Below are positions 9,683 through 19,248 of a stretch of 64,000 nucleotides of DNA, in pieces. The stretch is taken from the NCBI GenBank assembly GCA_965228895.1, contig OZ245842.1, positions 3,744,001 through 3,808,000 on the forward strand, given 5' to 3'. Each line of letters opens with the position of its first letter. The first letter of the stretch is position 1. The notes under the pieces were generated by a model. The model was not told the DNA's origin. It saw only the letters and a program-made list of their open reading frames with translations, and did no database searches. This DNA comes from Alphaproteobacteria bacterium. GTDB lineage: Bacteria > Pseudomonadota > Alphaproteobacteria > SP197. The translations under genes were made by a program, and so were the position numbers.

Positions 9683-10555
9683 GTGAAGTTCGTCAGCTAC
9701 AACATTCAATACGGTTTTGGGTCCGACGCACAGTACGACCTCGAGCGCACGGTCGAGGCCGTTGCCGAGGCTGATGTGATTGCCCTCCAGGAGGTTGAGC
9801 GGCATTGGGCAAGGACCGCAGAGGCGGACCAGCCTGCAGAGATCGCGGCGATGCTGCCCGATCACCATTGGGTCTATGGCCCAGCCTTCGACATGGATGC
9901 GAGCTATCGCGATGACGAAGGCCGGCTCGTCAACCGGCGGCGTCAGTTCGGCACCATGGTACTTTCGCGGCTGCCCATCGTGTGGTCACGGCTGCACTGC
10001 CTTCCGATGTGGCGGGTGACGAACCCGCTCAACACCCAGAACCCCGCTCTGGAAACCATGATTCGCACGCCGTGCGGACCCGTTCGCGTCTTCTCGCTTC
10101 ACCTGTCTCACATTTCTGTCGAGGAACGGATCGCCCAGATTGACTGGCTCATGGCAAGAGAGGCCCGTGTTCCCTTCGAAGGCGCCTCGTGGTGCGGGAC
10201 CGACGACGAGCCCGAGCGGAACTGGACCTATTCGGAGCCCGAGAATCCGATTGCCGCCATTTTTATGGGCGACTTTAACAGCGTTGCCGAGGGCCCGGAG
10301 TACCAGCGGATCGTCGGTGCGCCGCACACGGAGTATGACGCGGGAACGATCCACCATATCGGCCGATTTGTCGACGCGTGGGTTGCCGCCGGGCATGCCG
10401 CGGGCGACGGAGCCACACGCGATCACAGGATCGACTATTGCTTTGTCGAAGGAACGATTGCCCATCGAGTCCGAGACGCCTGGATCGATTCTGTTACCGA
10501 GGCCTCAGACCACCAGCCAGTATGGACAGAGATTGAATTGGAAACCTTGGAGTGA
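9683..10555 (+). CDS. Endonuclease/exonuclease/phosphatase (EEP) family metal-dependent hydrolase
   Basis: VSYNIQYG, DVIALQEV, SLHL, MGDFNS, RIDYCF, ASDHQPV; GTG start at 9683 chosen by domain start. Confidence 0.9.
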   Translation: MKFVSYNIQYGFGSDAQYDLERTVEAVAEADVIALQEVERHWARTAEADQPAEIAAMLPDHHWVYGPAFDMDASYRDDEGRLVNRRRQFGTMVLSRLPIVWSRLHCLPMWRVTNPLNTQNPALETMIRTPCGPVRVFSLHLSHISVEERIAQIDWLMAREARVPFEGASWCGTDDEPERNWTYSEPENPIAAIFMGDFNSVAEGPEYQRIVGAPHTEYDAGTIHHIGRFVDAWVAAGHAAGDGATRDHRIDYCFVEGTIAHRVRDAWIDSVTEASDHQPVWTEIELETLE

Positions 10556-10635
10556 GACGTGAAACCGTACACTGACAGCCCGGCGCCTGGGGTCCAGGTT
10601 GCGGGTTTGTTGCCGTCATGCGGAAGGAGACGTTA

Positions 10636-11514
10636 ATGCCGCTCACCTATCTTGACCGGACGGTTGACGCCGAGACCGTTGCGGCTGTGCTGCGCCGCGA
10701 CGGCGCGGTCGCGGTCAACAGTCTTGCCGAACCCGACCTTGCCGACACGATCGTCTCTGAGTTGCGCCCGCAGCTCGATGCATTCGGGCTTGAGCATCCA
10801 AGTGATTTTGGCGGTGACCGGACACGGCGTATCAAGAGCGTTCTCTCAGCAGCGCCCAGCGCGGCCTGTCTCATGGAGCATGATCTGGTCGTTGGTGTTG
10901 CGGACGACGTCCTTTTGCCCAATTGCGCCACCTATCAAATTGGCAGTACGGACGCGATCGAGGTTCTACCCGGCCAACCGCCCCAGGCGCTGCACCGGGA
11001 CGATACGACCTACCCGATCGAGATGGCCGGGATGGAATTGCAGATCGGGGTCATGTGGGCGCTCGATGACTTTTCGATGGAGAACGGCGGAACACGCGTC
11101 GTCCTGGGCAGCCACCGTTTCATTCGCTCCTGGCATCTGCCGGACCTGTCTCATTGGGAAGCCGCCGTCATGCCGAAAGGTTCGGCACTCTTCTACCTGG
11201 GTTCGATCTGGCATGGCGCGGGCGAAAACCAGAGCGCTGCGCCGCGCGCAGGGCTCGTTACCACTTACTCGTTGGGTTGGCTGCGACAAGAATACAATCA
11301 GTACCTGTACAATCCTCCAGAAACCGCTGCCCAGTTCGGGCCGCGCCTGAAGGCGCTGCTCGGCTACACACCGCACGGGTCGGGCGACGACCGCCTCGGC
11401 ACATTTGGTGGCGACTGTCCTGCCTGGGTCGAAACGCCGCCGGATCCCGCGTGGCAAGACAATCGGGGTCGAGGCGCAACAGCGGCGGACGTCGAAGCGC
11501 AAGCTGGCGTCTGA
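10636..11514 (+). CDS. Phytanoyl-CoA dioxygenase (PhyH) family Fe(II)/2OG dioxygenase
   Basis: QALHRDD (HxD), WALDDFSMENGGTRVVLGSH, WHGAGEN, LGWLRQE; RBS AAGGAG. Confidence 0.92.
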   Translation: MPLTYLDRTVDAETVAAVLRRDGAVAVNSLAEPDLADTIVSELRPQLDAFGLEHPSDFGGDRTRRIKSVLSAAPSAACLMEHDLVVGVADDVLLPNCATYQIGSTDAIEVLPGQPPQALHRDDTTYPIEMAGMELQIGVMWALDDFSMENGGTRVVLGSHRFIRSWHLPDLSHWEAAVMPKGSALFYLGSIWHGAGENQSAAPRAGLVTTYSLGWLRQEYNQYLYNPPETAAQFGPRLKALLGYTPHGSGDDRLGTFGGDCPAWVETPPDPAWQDNRGRGATAADVEAQAGV

Positions 11515-11578
11515 TCTTGATGTTAATCACGAAAGGCGAACCCTACGTCTCAGAACATTGTAATAGGAGAACCGTTAC

Positions 11579-12457
11579 ATGCCGTTGACCTATCTTGACC
11601 GCAACGCTGACGCCGCGACCGTCGCCGATGCCCTGCGCCGCGATGGGGCGGTTGCGGTCACCGAACTTGTCGAGCCGGAGCTGGTTGACGCCGTGGCCGC
11701 GGAACTGAGGCCACGGCTCGATGCCGTCGGGCTCAAGTCAAGCGGCATCTTCAACAACATGCTCACGAACCGGTGCGGCAAGGTGCTGCTGACGGCGCCG
11801 AGCGCGGCGGAGCTGGTCGAGCACGAGCAGGTGCTCGACGTGCTGGACGAGACGCTGCTTCCCTTCGCTTCGACTTACCGGATCAGCAGCCTCTCGGCGA
11901 TCGAGATTCTGCCGGGTGAGAAACACCAAGCTTTGCATCGCGACGACACGGTCTATCCGATCGACATCGCCGGCATGGAGCTGACTGTGGGCGTGATGTG
12001 GGCGCTGAGCGACTTCACGGAGGAGAACGGCGGAACCCGGGTGATCCCGGACAGTCACCGTTATCTCCGTTCATGGCACCTTCCCGACATGGGTGCCTGG
12101 GAGAACGCCGTGATGCCGAAAGGTTCGGTGGTGTTCTATCTGGGTTCGACCTGGCACGGCGGTGGCGCCAACCGGAGCAACGCGCCGCGCCTGGGACTCG
12201 TCAACACCTACTGCCTGGGCTGGCTGCGGCCAGAATCCAACCAATACCTCGCCATGCCTCCCGAGGAGGCGGCACGTTTCAGCCCGACCATCCGCGCCTT
12301 GCTGGGCTACATGCCGCACGGGGCGAGCGACGACCTGTGCGGCCACTATAGCGGTGAATGCGAGGCTTGGGTGGATGCGCCGCCGCGGCCCGCCTGGCGC
12401 GCCGTGCGCGGCCATGTCTCCCGCCCGGAACATGCCAAAGCGCAAGGCGGCGGCTGA
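11579..12457 (+). CDS. PhyH family Fe(II)/2OG dioxygenase (tandem paralog)
   Basis: QALHRDD, WALSDFTEENGGTRVIPDSH, WHGGGAN, LGWLRPE; same MPLTYLDR start as preceding gene. Confidence 0.92.
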   Translation: MPLTYLDRNADAATVADALRRDGAVAVTELVEPELVDAVAAELRPRLDAVGLKSSGIFNNMLTNRCGKVLLTAPSAAELVEHEQVLDVLDETLLPFASTYRISSLSAIEILPGEKHQALHRDDTVYPIDIAGMELTVGVMWALSDFTEENGGTRVIPDSHRYLRSWHLPDMGAWENAVMPKGSVVFYLGSTWHGGGANRSNAPRLGLVNTYCLGWLRPESNQYLAMPPEEAARFSPTIRALLGYMPHGASDDLCGHYSGECEAWVDAPPRPAWRAVRGHVSRPEHAKAQGGG

Positions 12458-12520
12458 CCCGATCGACGACACTAACTTCGAAGAGCCAATCTAGGCCAAC
12501 AACAAACCGAGGAGGTTGAA

Positions 12521-13693
12521 ATGTCACATAAACCATTGATGGAGACGGCCCGTTTTCATGACCTGTTGTGCGAGGGCAAACTGACCAGGCGCGACGCCAA
12601 ACGCGTCATGGCCTCGTTCGGCGTCGCCTCGTTGACCATGCACAGCATGGGAGGCAGCGCGCTCGCCCAGGATGCCGACGAGGACCACCCGGTGTTCTTC
12701 ACCTGGGGCGGTTATGATGAACCGGAGTTCATGGTCCATTACACCGCGAAGTACGGCCGCGAACCGAACTACACCTTTTTCGACGACGAAGATAACGCCT
12801 TCGCCAAGATGAGGAGCGGTTTCAACCCGCACGTGACCTACCCCTGCGGCCCCTCGCTCACACGCTGGTACGACGCGGGCTTTCTGGCGCCGATCGAGAC
12901 CGAACGGCTATCGAACTGGCCCAACGTCATGCAGGTTTTCAAGGATGTGCCAGGTTCGACCGTGGACGGCGTGCGGGTCTATGTGCCCGAAGACTGGGGC
13001 CAGACCTCGATGGCCATCCGCACCGACCTCGCGCCGGAGTACGCCGACCCTGAGAACCAGACTTGGAAAGCGTTGTGGGACGAGAAGTATTCGGGCCGCC
13101 TCGCGATGTCCAACGTCTCCTACGAAGCCTTCGCGATCGCGGCCCTCGTGCTGGGGATCGTCCCTTGGAACATGAACGAGGCCGAACGCATCCAATGTGA
13201 GGATCTCCTGCGCGAACAGATCCCGCTCAACCGCTTGCTCCAGGCCTCGTTCACGGAGACTGTGCAAGCGATGGCCTCGGGCGAGCTCGTCATCACAGCG
13301 TCCGACAACGGCATCGTTGCGGGACTCGCGGAGCATGCCGAATCAGAGGGCACCGATATGGAGATCACGTGGACCCGGCCCAAGGAAGGCGCGATCACGT
13401 GGCACTGTGGCCTCTCCATCCATCCCGCTGCGATTGAGGACGGCTTTTACGAGATGGCGCACGACATCATCGACTCCTTCATCTCTCCAGAGGCGGGTCA
13501 TTACGAGATCACCAACTGGTACTACGGACACTCCAACATCAAGTCCTATGATGGGCTCTCTGAGGAGTTCCTCGAGTCGATCGGTCAGACCAAGAAGGTC
13601 GAGGAGTTCCTCGCCAACGCCCAGTTCCAGCAGACGATGAACGAGCCGGACGTGCTCGCGCTTCGTTGGGAGGAATTGAAGGCAGGGTTCTGA
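12521..13693 (+). CDS. PotD/PotF-like ABC solute-binding protein, Tat-type signal
   Basis: LTRRDA signal; FTWGGY, PEDWGQTS, PKEGAITWHCG; RBS GAGGAGG. Confidence 0.88.
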   Translation: MSHKPLMETARFHDLLCEGKLTRRDAKRVMASFGVASLTMHSMGGSALAQDADEDHPVFFTWGGYDEPEFMVHYTAKYGREPNYTFFDDEDNAFAKMRSGFNPHVTYPCGPSLTRWYDAGFLAPIETERLSNWPNVMQVFKDVPGSTVDGVRVYVPEDWGQTSMAIRTDLAPEYADPENQTWKALWDEKYSGRLAMSNVSYEAFAIAALVLGIVPWNMNEAERIQCEDLLREQIPLNRLLQASFTETVQAMASGELVITASDNGIVAGLAEHAESEGTDMEITWTRPKEGAITWHCGLSIHPAAIEDGFYEMAHDIIDSFISPEAGHYEITNWYYGHSNIKSYDGLSEEFLESIGQTKKVEEFLANAQFQQTMNEPDVLALRWEELKAGF

Positions 13694-13732
13694 GCCTCGG
13701 CATCAGCCGACTCGGTAACCACAAGACTCGCA

Positions 13733-13777
13733 CCGGTGGTTTCGCGGTGGACGCTTTGGACCACCGCGGGCCACCGG
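13733..13777 (+). terminator. GC-rich stem-loop after SBP
   Basis: CCGGTGGTTTCGCGGTGG-N10-CCACCGCGGGCCACCGG imperfect stem. Confidence 0.45.
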
Positions 13778-13805
13778 CCGCGATCAACGCCTCGGCTTTG
13801 GGTTG

Positions 13806-14594
13806 ATGGAAAACAACGTAGACGAAGACCTTTACAACGACGGCTACACCGCCTTTCTCTGGGATGTGTGGGGCGAAGGCTACCTGTCGCCCGGTGGTCC
13901 TGAAGAGGTTGGCCGCATTGTGGAAGGCCTGAACCTGGACGGCGCCCGCGTTCTCGATATCGGCTGCGGGTCAGGCGCCATCACGCTCTCGCTTGCGCTC
14001 GATCACGGCGCGGCGCATGTCACCGGCATCGACGTCGAGACGCCGGTCTGCAAGGCGGCGCGCCGGCGAGCCAGCGCCGCAGGTGCCGCCGATCGCATCA
14101 CGATCCGGCAAGTCGAACCCGGTCCGCTGGACTTCGACGACGGGAGTTTCGATATCGTCTTTTCGAAGGACGCGATGATCCACATCGCCGACAAGACCTC
14201 CCTCTTTGCCGAGGTGTTCCGCGTCCTGAAGCCGGGCGGCTGGTTTGCCGCCTCCGACTGGCTGATCGCCCACGACGGTACACCCAGTCCAGAGATGGCG
14301 CGCTACATCGAACTCGAAGGGCTCGACTTCGCCATGGCGTCTCCGGACCGCTACGACGCGGCTCTCCGGGATGCAGGCTTCGTGAACGTCGGCCTGGTGA
14401 ACCGCAATCGTTGGTATGCGGGTGAGGCCCGACGAGAGCTCGACTTCTTAAACGGCGGATCTCGGGCCGATCTCGAGCGCAAGCACGGCGCAGAGATCGT
14501 CTTTCATATGGCCGAGATCTGGGAAGCGTTGGTTCAAGTCCTCGAGTCCGGCGAGCATTGCCCCCATCACCTGCGCGCTCAGCGCCCTGGCTAG
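13806..14594 (+). CDS. Class I SAM-dependent methyltransferase (phosphoethanolamine/sarcosine N-methyltransferase-like)
   Basis: [49 protein letters not shown]. Confidence 0.85.
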   Translation: MENNVDEDLYNDGYTAFLWDVWGEGYLSPGGPEEVGRIVEGLNLDGARVLDIGCGSGAITLSLALDHGAAHVTGIDVETPVCKAARRRASAAGAADRITIRQVEPGPLDFDDGSFDIVFSKDAMIHIADKTSLFAEVFRVLKPGGWFAASDWLIAHDGTPSPEMARYIELEGLDFAMASPDRYDAALRDAGFVNVGLVNRNRWYAGEARRELDFLNGGSRADLERKHGAEIVFHMAEIWEALVQVLESGEHCPHHLRAQRPG

Positions 14595-14666
14595 ACCGTC
14601 AGGTGCGTTCGCGCTTGCCACGCCACCGCCGTTTTGACCACAGAGCAACAGTCTGAAGGAAGTCCT

Positions 14667-16748
14667 GTGACCCGCGATCCTCGTTACGACATTTTGTTTG
14701 AGCCACTCAAGATCGGTCCCGTCACCGCGCCCAACCGGTTCTACCAGGTGCCCCATTGCAACGGCATGGGCAGGGTCTATCCCAACGCCATGATCGGTAT
14801 GCGCGGCACGAAGGCGGAGGGAGGCTGGGGGATCGTCTGTACCGAGCAGTGCGACTTCCTCGCCAGTGGCGACGCCTCCCCTTACGCCGAAACCAACATG
14901 TGGGACTCAGGCGACGAGCTCTACCTCGGCCGCATGGTCGAGGAGGTGCACCGATACGGCAGCCTCGCCGGTATCGAGCTTGTCCACAATGGCCACGACA
15001 CGCCCAACCTCTACAGCCGCGAGATCCCGATCGGCCCGATGCATCGCCCCGCGAACTGGAGCCTCGCGCCGATCCAGGCGCGTGCGATGGACAAAGCCGA
15101 CATCCGAGAGTACCGCCGCGCCCACAAAGCAGCGGCGATCAGGGCGCGCGACATCGGCTTCGACATTGTCATCGTCTATGCCGGTCACGACGGCACGGTT
15201 CCCAGCCACTTCCTCGCCAAGCGCCACAACCAGCGAACCGACGAATACGGCGGCAGTCTCGAGAACCGCTTGCGCCTTTATCGCGAGCTGCTCGAGGAAA
15301 CCAAGGACGCGGTCGGCGGCGATACCGCCGTCGTGGTGCGCTTCGCCGTCGACGAGATGATGGGACCGGATGGGCTGGAGTGGCATGGCGAGGGCCGTGA
15401 AGCCGTTGAGATGCTGGCCGAGCTCCCGGACCTGTGGGACGTCAATGTCAGCGATTGGGACAACGATTCGAAGACGTCGCGGTTCGCGCCGGAAGGCTAC
15501 CAGGAGGAGTACGTCGCCTTCGTGAAACAGGTGACGAGCAAACCGGTCTCTACCGTCGGGCGCTATACATCGCCCGACGCCATGGTCTCGGCGATCCGCC
15601 GCGGCATCGTCGATCTGATCGGGGCGGCCCGGCCGTCGATCGCCGATCCGTTCCTGCCCAGGAAGGTCGAGGAAGGCCGGCTCGACGACATCCGCGAATG
15701 CATCGGCTGCAACGTCTGCATCGGCTGGACCCAGATGACCGCGCCGGCGCGCTGCACCCAGAACCCGACCTTCAGCGAGGAGTGGCGCAAGGGCTGGCAT
15801 CCCGAGACGTTGCCGCCCGCCGAAACGGAGGATCGTGTTCTCATCGTCGGCGCCGGGCCCGCGGGTCTCGAGGCGGCGCGTGCCGCCGGGCTGCGTGGAT
15901 TCCACGTGACGCTCGCCGAGGCTGACGAGGACCTGGGCGGCCGCGTCACCCGCGAGAGCAAGCTGCCGGGCCTGGCGGCCTGGGCCCGCGTGCGCGACTA
16001 CCGCGTCGGCCAAATCCAACGCATGGCCAATGTCGAGGTCTATCGCGAAAGCCGTCTCACGGCGGAACAGGTTCTCGAGCTTGGGGCCGACCATGTAGCG
16101 ATCGCGACCGGCGCCAGTTGGCGCCGTGATGGCTATGGCCGGCATCTGACGTCACCGGTGCCAGGGACCGACGCGGCGCATGTCCTGACACCCGACGACA
16201 TCCTGGCCGGACGCCGCCCGCCGGGACAGAAGGTGCTGCTGTTCGACGACGACCACTACTACATGGCCAGCGTGATTGCCGAGCTGCTAAGCACGGAAGG
16301 CTACGAGGTAAGCTTGGCGACGCCGGTCGCAACGATCGCCGCATGGATGATCCACACGCTGGAACAGGGTGCCAACCAAGAGCGGCTCAGCGACGCAGGA
16401 GTCGACCTGTTGCCGAACACGACCCTGCTGGCCGTCGAGACCGAAAGGGTACTGCTCGCGGACTCGTTGCGGCGGCGCGAGGTCGAGCTGCCGGCCGATG
16501 GCGTCGTCATGGTCACATCGCGCCAGCCAGAAGACAGTCTCTATCACGAGCTCGTTGAGGCGCTCGACGGCGCGACCGACGCTGGCATTCGCACGTTGCG
16601 CCGGATCGGCGATTGCCAAGCGCCTGGTATCATTGCGACGGCGAATTACGAGGGCCATCGCTACGCTCGTGAACTCGGCGCCGAGGTCGACCCCGGCACC
16701 GTCCCGTTCCACCGCGAGCGGCATGTCATCGAACCGGCGACGGCGTGA
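14667..16748 (+). CDS. Trimethylamine/dimethylamine/histamine dehydrogenase family Fe-S flavoprotein
   Basis: RDPRYDILFEP..NRFYQVPHCNGMG (flavinylation Cys), NQRTDEYGGSLENR, ECIGCNVC..C 4Fe-4S motif, VGAGPAGLEAA. Confidence 0.9.
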   Translation: MTRDPRYDILFEPLKIGPVTAPNRFYQVPHCNGMGRVYPNAMIGMRGTKAEGGWGIVCTEQCDFLASGDASPYAETNMWDSGDELYLGRMVEEVHRYGSLAGIELVHNGHDTPNLYSREIPIGPMHRPANWSLAPIQARAMDKADIREYRRAHKAAAIRARDIGFDIVIVYAGHDGTVPSHFLAKRHNQRTDEYGGSLENRLRLYRELLEETKDAVGGDTAVVVRFAVDEMMGPDGLEWHGEGREAVEMLAELPDLWDVNVSDWDNDSKTSRFAPEGYQEEYVAFVKQVTSKPVSTVGRYTSPDAMVSAIRRGIVDLIGAARPSIADPFLPRKVEEGRLDDIRECIGCNVCIGWTQMTAPARCTQNPTFSEEWRKGWHPETLPPAETEDRVLIVGAGPAGLEAARAAGLRGFHVTLAEADEDLGGRVTRESKLPGLAAWARVRDYRVGQIQRMANVEVYRESRLTAEQVLELGADHVAIATGASWRRDGYGRHLTSPVPGTDAAHVLTPDDILAGRRPPGQKVLLFDDDHYYMASVIAELLSTEGYEVSLATPVATIAAWMIHTLEQGANQERLSDAGVDLLPNTTLLAVETERVLLADSLRRREVELPADGVVMVTSRQPEDSLYHELVEALDGATDAGIRTLRRIGDCQAPGIIATANYEGHRYARELGAEVDPGTVPFHRERHVIEPATA

Positions 16749-16807
16749 TCACGGCCAAGGACGTTGACGAATGAGGCGCGCCACAATCAGCGCCTCTCAT
16801 AAGACAA

Positions 16808-16835
16808 CCGGCGCCGGACGATTGTCCGGCACCGG
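16808..16835. terminator. Hairpin between convergent genes
   Basis: CCGGCGCCGGAC-GATT-GTCCGGCACCGG, 12-bp stem with one mismatch (G-U on minus strand). Confidence 0.55.
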
Positions 16836-16865
16836 CGCTTCAAAACGATTCTGATTGGCCTTGGA

Positions 16866-17273
16866 TTAGGAGACCGCGCCCTCACCTGCCTCGGGCCTCA
16901 TGTTTTCCCGGCGACCGCGATCGGCCATGAACTGGTCAAACTCGGCCTTGTCCTTGGCCTGGCGCAGTTGGTCCAGGAAGGCTTTGAACGCCTCTTGCTC
17001 CTCTTCCAACCGCTTGAGGGTCTCTTCGCGGTACTCGTCGAACGCGTGGTTGCCGCTCGACGGTCCGGCGTGCCGCTTGTCGCTGCCGTTCTTCGGCTCC
17101 GAATAGTACCAACGGCCGCGGCGGCCACAGTCACGCCAAAATCCCATGCGTCCACTCCATATCAGATAGGCCAGAATCGCCAGACCAATGGGCCAGAACA
17201 CGATGAAGCCAAGCACCATCAAAACGATCCAGGCTGGCTTTCCGTAGTGGTCCACCTTCGCTGCGAGTTCCAT
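16866..17273 (-). CDS. DUF2852-like small membrane protein
   Basis: AWIVLMVLGFIVFWPIGLAILAYLIWSGRM, SSGNHAFDEYREETLKRLEEEQ..LRQAKDKAEFDQFMA; ATG at 17273. Confidence 0.85.
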   Translation of the reverse strand: MELAAKVDHYGKPAWIVLMVLGFIVFWPIGLAILAYLIWSGRMGFWRDCGRRGRWYYSEPKNGSDKRHAGPSSGNHAFDEYREETLKRLEEEQEAFKAFLDQLRQAKDKAEFDQFMADRGRRENMRPEAGEGAVS

Positions 17274-17282
17274 CTTCGCCTC

Positions 17283-17309
17283 TATGTTAATGTTTAATAC
17301 ATTAACATA
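17283..17309. promoter_or_regulatory. Operator palindrome upstream of DUF2852 gene
   Basis: TATGTTAATGT-TTAAT-ACATTAACATA, perfect 11-bp arms. Confidence 0.75.
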
Positions 17310-17389
17310 CGTAAGGTCGGCCATGTCCGGAGTCAAGGCCGGCAGCGCCTGAAATCGGTGAAAAATCGATGACGCGCCGGGCTTGACGG

Positions 17390-18028
17390 TCAGGACGACG
17401 GGTCGCGGCCCAAGCCGTCCAGATAAATAAGAAATCCCGCCTCCAGCAGCTCTTCCGGCGTCATCGGAAGTTTGCGCCGGGCCGCGTCGCCGCGGGCGAA
17501 CAGCGAGGCGATGCCGTGGGCGAACGACCACATATGAAGGCTCACCATGCGCGCCGGCGGCCGACGCTCCTTGGGCAGGCGCGCGACCATCGCCTCGGCG
17601 GCTCGCTGCAGCACGCTGAACGCTTCTTCGGCAGCCTCGGCCAGTTCCGGTGTCGCATCGGGCGGCACCTGAGCCTCGAACATCGCGGCGTAGTACGCGG
17701 GCTCGGTGCGCGCGAAGGCTAGATAGGCACGTCCCACGTTGTCGAACGCGGTCACGGGATCCGGCGCGCCGTCGCTCCAGGCATTCGCCAGGAAGGCGCT
17801 GAAGCGCTCGAAGCCCTGGCGCGCTACCTCGGCGACCAGCGCATCGCGATCGCGGAAATGGCGGTAGGGTGCCGCCGCGCTAACGCCCGCGCTACGCGCC
17901 GCCTCGGCAAAGCTGAACCCGGCCGGCCCCTTCTCGCCGATCAGGTCCAACGCCGCCTTGATCAGCGCCTCGCGCAGATGGCCATGATGGTAGCCGCGCC
18001 GCCCCTCGTCCTTCTTGTGCCAACTCAT
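17390..18028 (-). CDS. TetR/AcrR family regulator with WHG-type C-terminal domain
   Basis: YHHGHLREALIKAA, GFSFAEAARSAGVSAAAPYRHF, WSFAHGIASL. Confidence 0.93.
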   Translation of the reverse strand: MSWHKKDEGRRGYHHGHLREALIKAALDLIGEKGPAGFSFAEAARSAGVSAAAPYRHFRDRDALVAEVARQGFERFSAFLANAWSDGAPDPVTAFDNVGRAYLAFARTEPAYYAAMFEAQVPPDATPELAEAAEEAFSVLQRAAEAMVARLPKERRPPARMVSLHMWSFAHGIASLFARGDAARRKLPMTPEELLEAGFLIYLDGLGRDPSS

Positions 18029-18046
18029 GTTAAGGGACTTAACATG
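18026..18046. promoter_or_regulatory. Operator palindrome overlapping TetR start codon (autoregulation)
   Basis: CATGTTAAG-GGA-CTTAACATG perfect 9-bp arms. Confidence 0.65.
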
Positions 18047-18119
18047 GTGGGGACGCCGGGCGTAAGCAAATCTTCCAGGACCGGTCTCAGCATCGGCCAT
18101 TGGGCGGAACCGCCCGTAT

Positions 18120-19046
18120 CTACGCCGTCTCGCCGGCCGCCAAGCGCGCGGCTTGCGCCTCTTCCAACAGCCAGTTGCGGAAGGCCGCGATCCTCGGGTG
18201 TTCGTCGCTGTCTTCCGCGCTCAAGAGATAGAAGGAGAAGCTGAGCGGCGTGCTCAAGCCCGGGTCGAACGGACGCACCAGGCGGCCGGCGGCAAGGTCG
18301 TCGGCCACCAGCACGTCGCCGACCAGCGCGACGCCATGACCGTCGAGCGCGGCCTGCACCGCCATGGTCTCCTGGGTGAAGCGCGGCCCGCGGGTCGGGT
18401 CGATGGCGTCGAGGCCGGCCGCCAGGAGCCACATACGCCAGCTCGCCTCGGCGTCCTTCCATTCGACGTGCAACAGCGTGTGGTGACGCAGATCCTCGGG
18501 CCGGTACAAAGGATGCTCGCCCCGCAGCAGGGCGGGACTGCAGACCGGCGTGTTGCGCTGGCCGAACAACCGGTCGACCCGCACGCCGTCATAGCCACCG
18601 GGCCCATAGCGCAGCGCGACATCGGCGTCGCCACGCGCCACGTCGACGCGGCGGTCGGTGCCGTCGATGCGGATCTCAATGTCCGGATGTCGGACGCGGA
18701 AGTGCTCAAGCCGGGGCATCAGCCACATGGCGCCGAAGGACGGGCTGACGCTGATGGTCAAGACACCGCTCTCGCTGACCGCGCGTATCTGCTCGACCGC
18801 TTGGGTCAACTTGTCGAAACCCTGACCCAGTATCGGCAGGGCTGCCTGACCTGCGTCGGTCAAACGCAATGCCCGGGTCAGCCGGTGGAACAGCGGCACC
18901 CCGAGCAACTCCTCGAGCGCCCGCACCTGATGGCTGACCGCAGCCGGCGTGACGTTCAACTCGGCCGCCGCCTTGGTAAAGCTGAGATGCCGGCCGGCCG
19001 ATTCAAAGGCCCTGAGAGCGTTCAAAGGCGGGAGGGGTCCGGGCAT
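18120..19046 (-). CDS. LysR family regulator, GcvA-like
   Basis: LPPLNALRAFESAGRHLSFTKAAAELNVTPAAVSHQVRALEE; RIAAFRNWL. Confidence 0.95.
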   Translation of the reverse strand: MPGPLPPLNALRAFESAGRHLSFTKAAAELNVTPAAVSHQVRALEELLGVPLFHRLTRALRLTDAGQAALPILGQGFDKLTQAVEQIRAVSESGVLTISVSPSFGAMWLMPRLEHFRVRHPDIEIRIDGTDRRVDVARGDADVALRYGPGGYDGVRVDRLFGQRNTPVCSPALLRGEHPLYRPEDLRHHTLLHVEWKDAEASWRMWLLAAGLDAIDPTRGPRFTQETMAVQAALDGHGVALVGDVLVADDLAAGRLVRPFDPGLSTPLSFSFYLLSAEDSDEHPRIAAFRNWLLEEAQAARLAAGETA

Positions 19047-19248
19047 GATCTATAGACAAATTTTCCTAGCAGATAGAGCGAGATGATCTCGTTTGTTGGG
19101 AGTCATAGATTTGCATAGCTTGCCTTTTGTGCAAGGGCACGACACACCAAAGGCCGTGTCGGCCAGAAAGTCTGGTCTATCAAATAAACCTTGATCATAG
19201 ACGTGGCTGTTGCCGGCCCAACCAAAACCCGATGCGGGAGAAACGACC

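Noticed and set aside
9683-10555. EEP protein as mobile-element or defence nuclease
   Set aside because: No reverse transcriptase or defence context; it sits in a metabolic operon, so a small-molecule phosphoesterase is more plausible.
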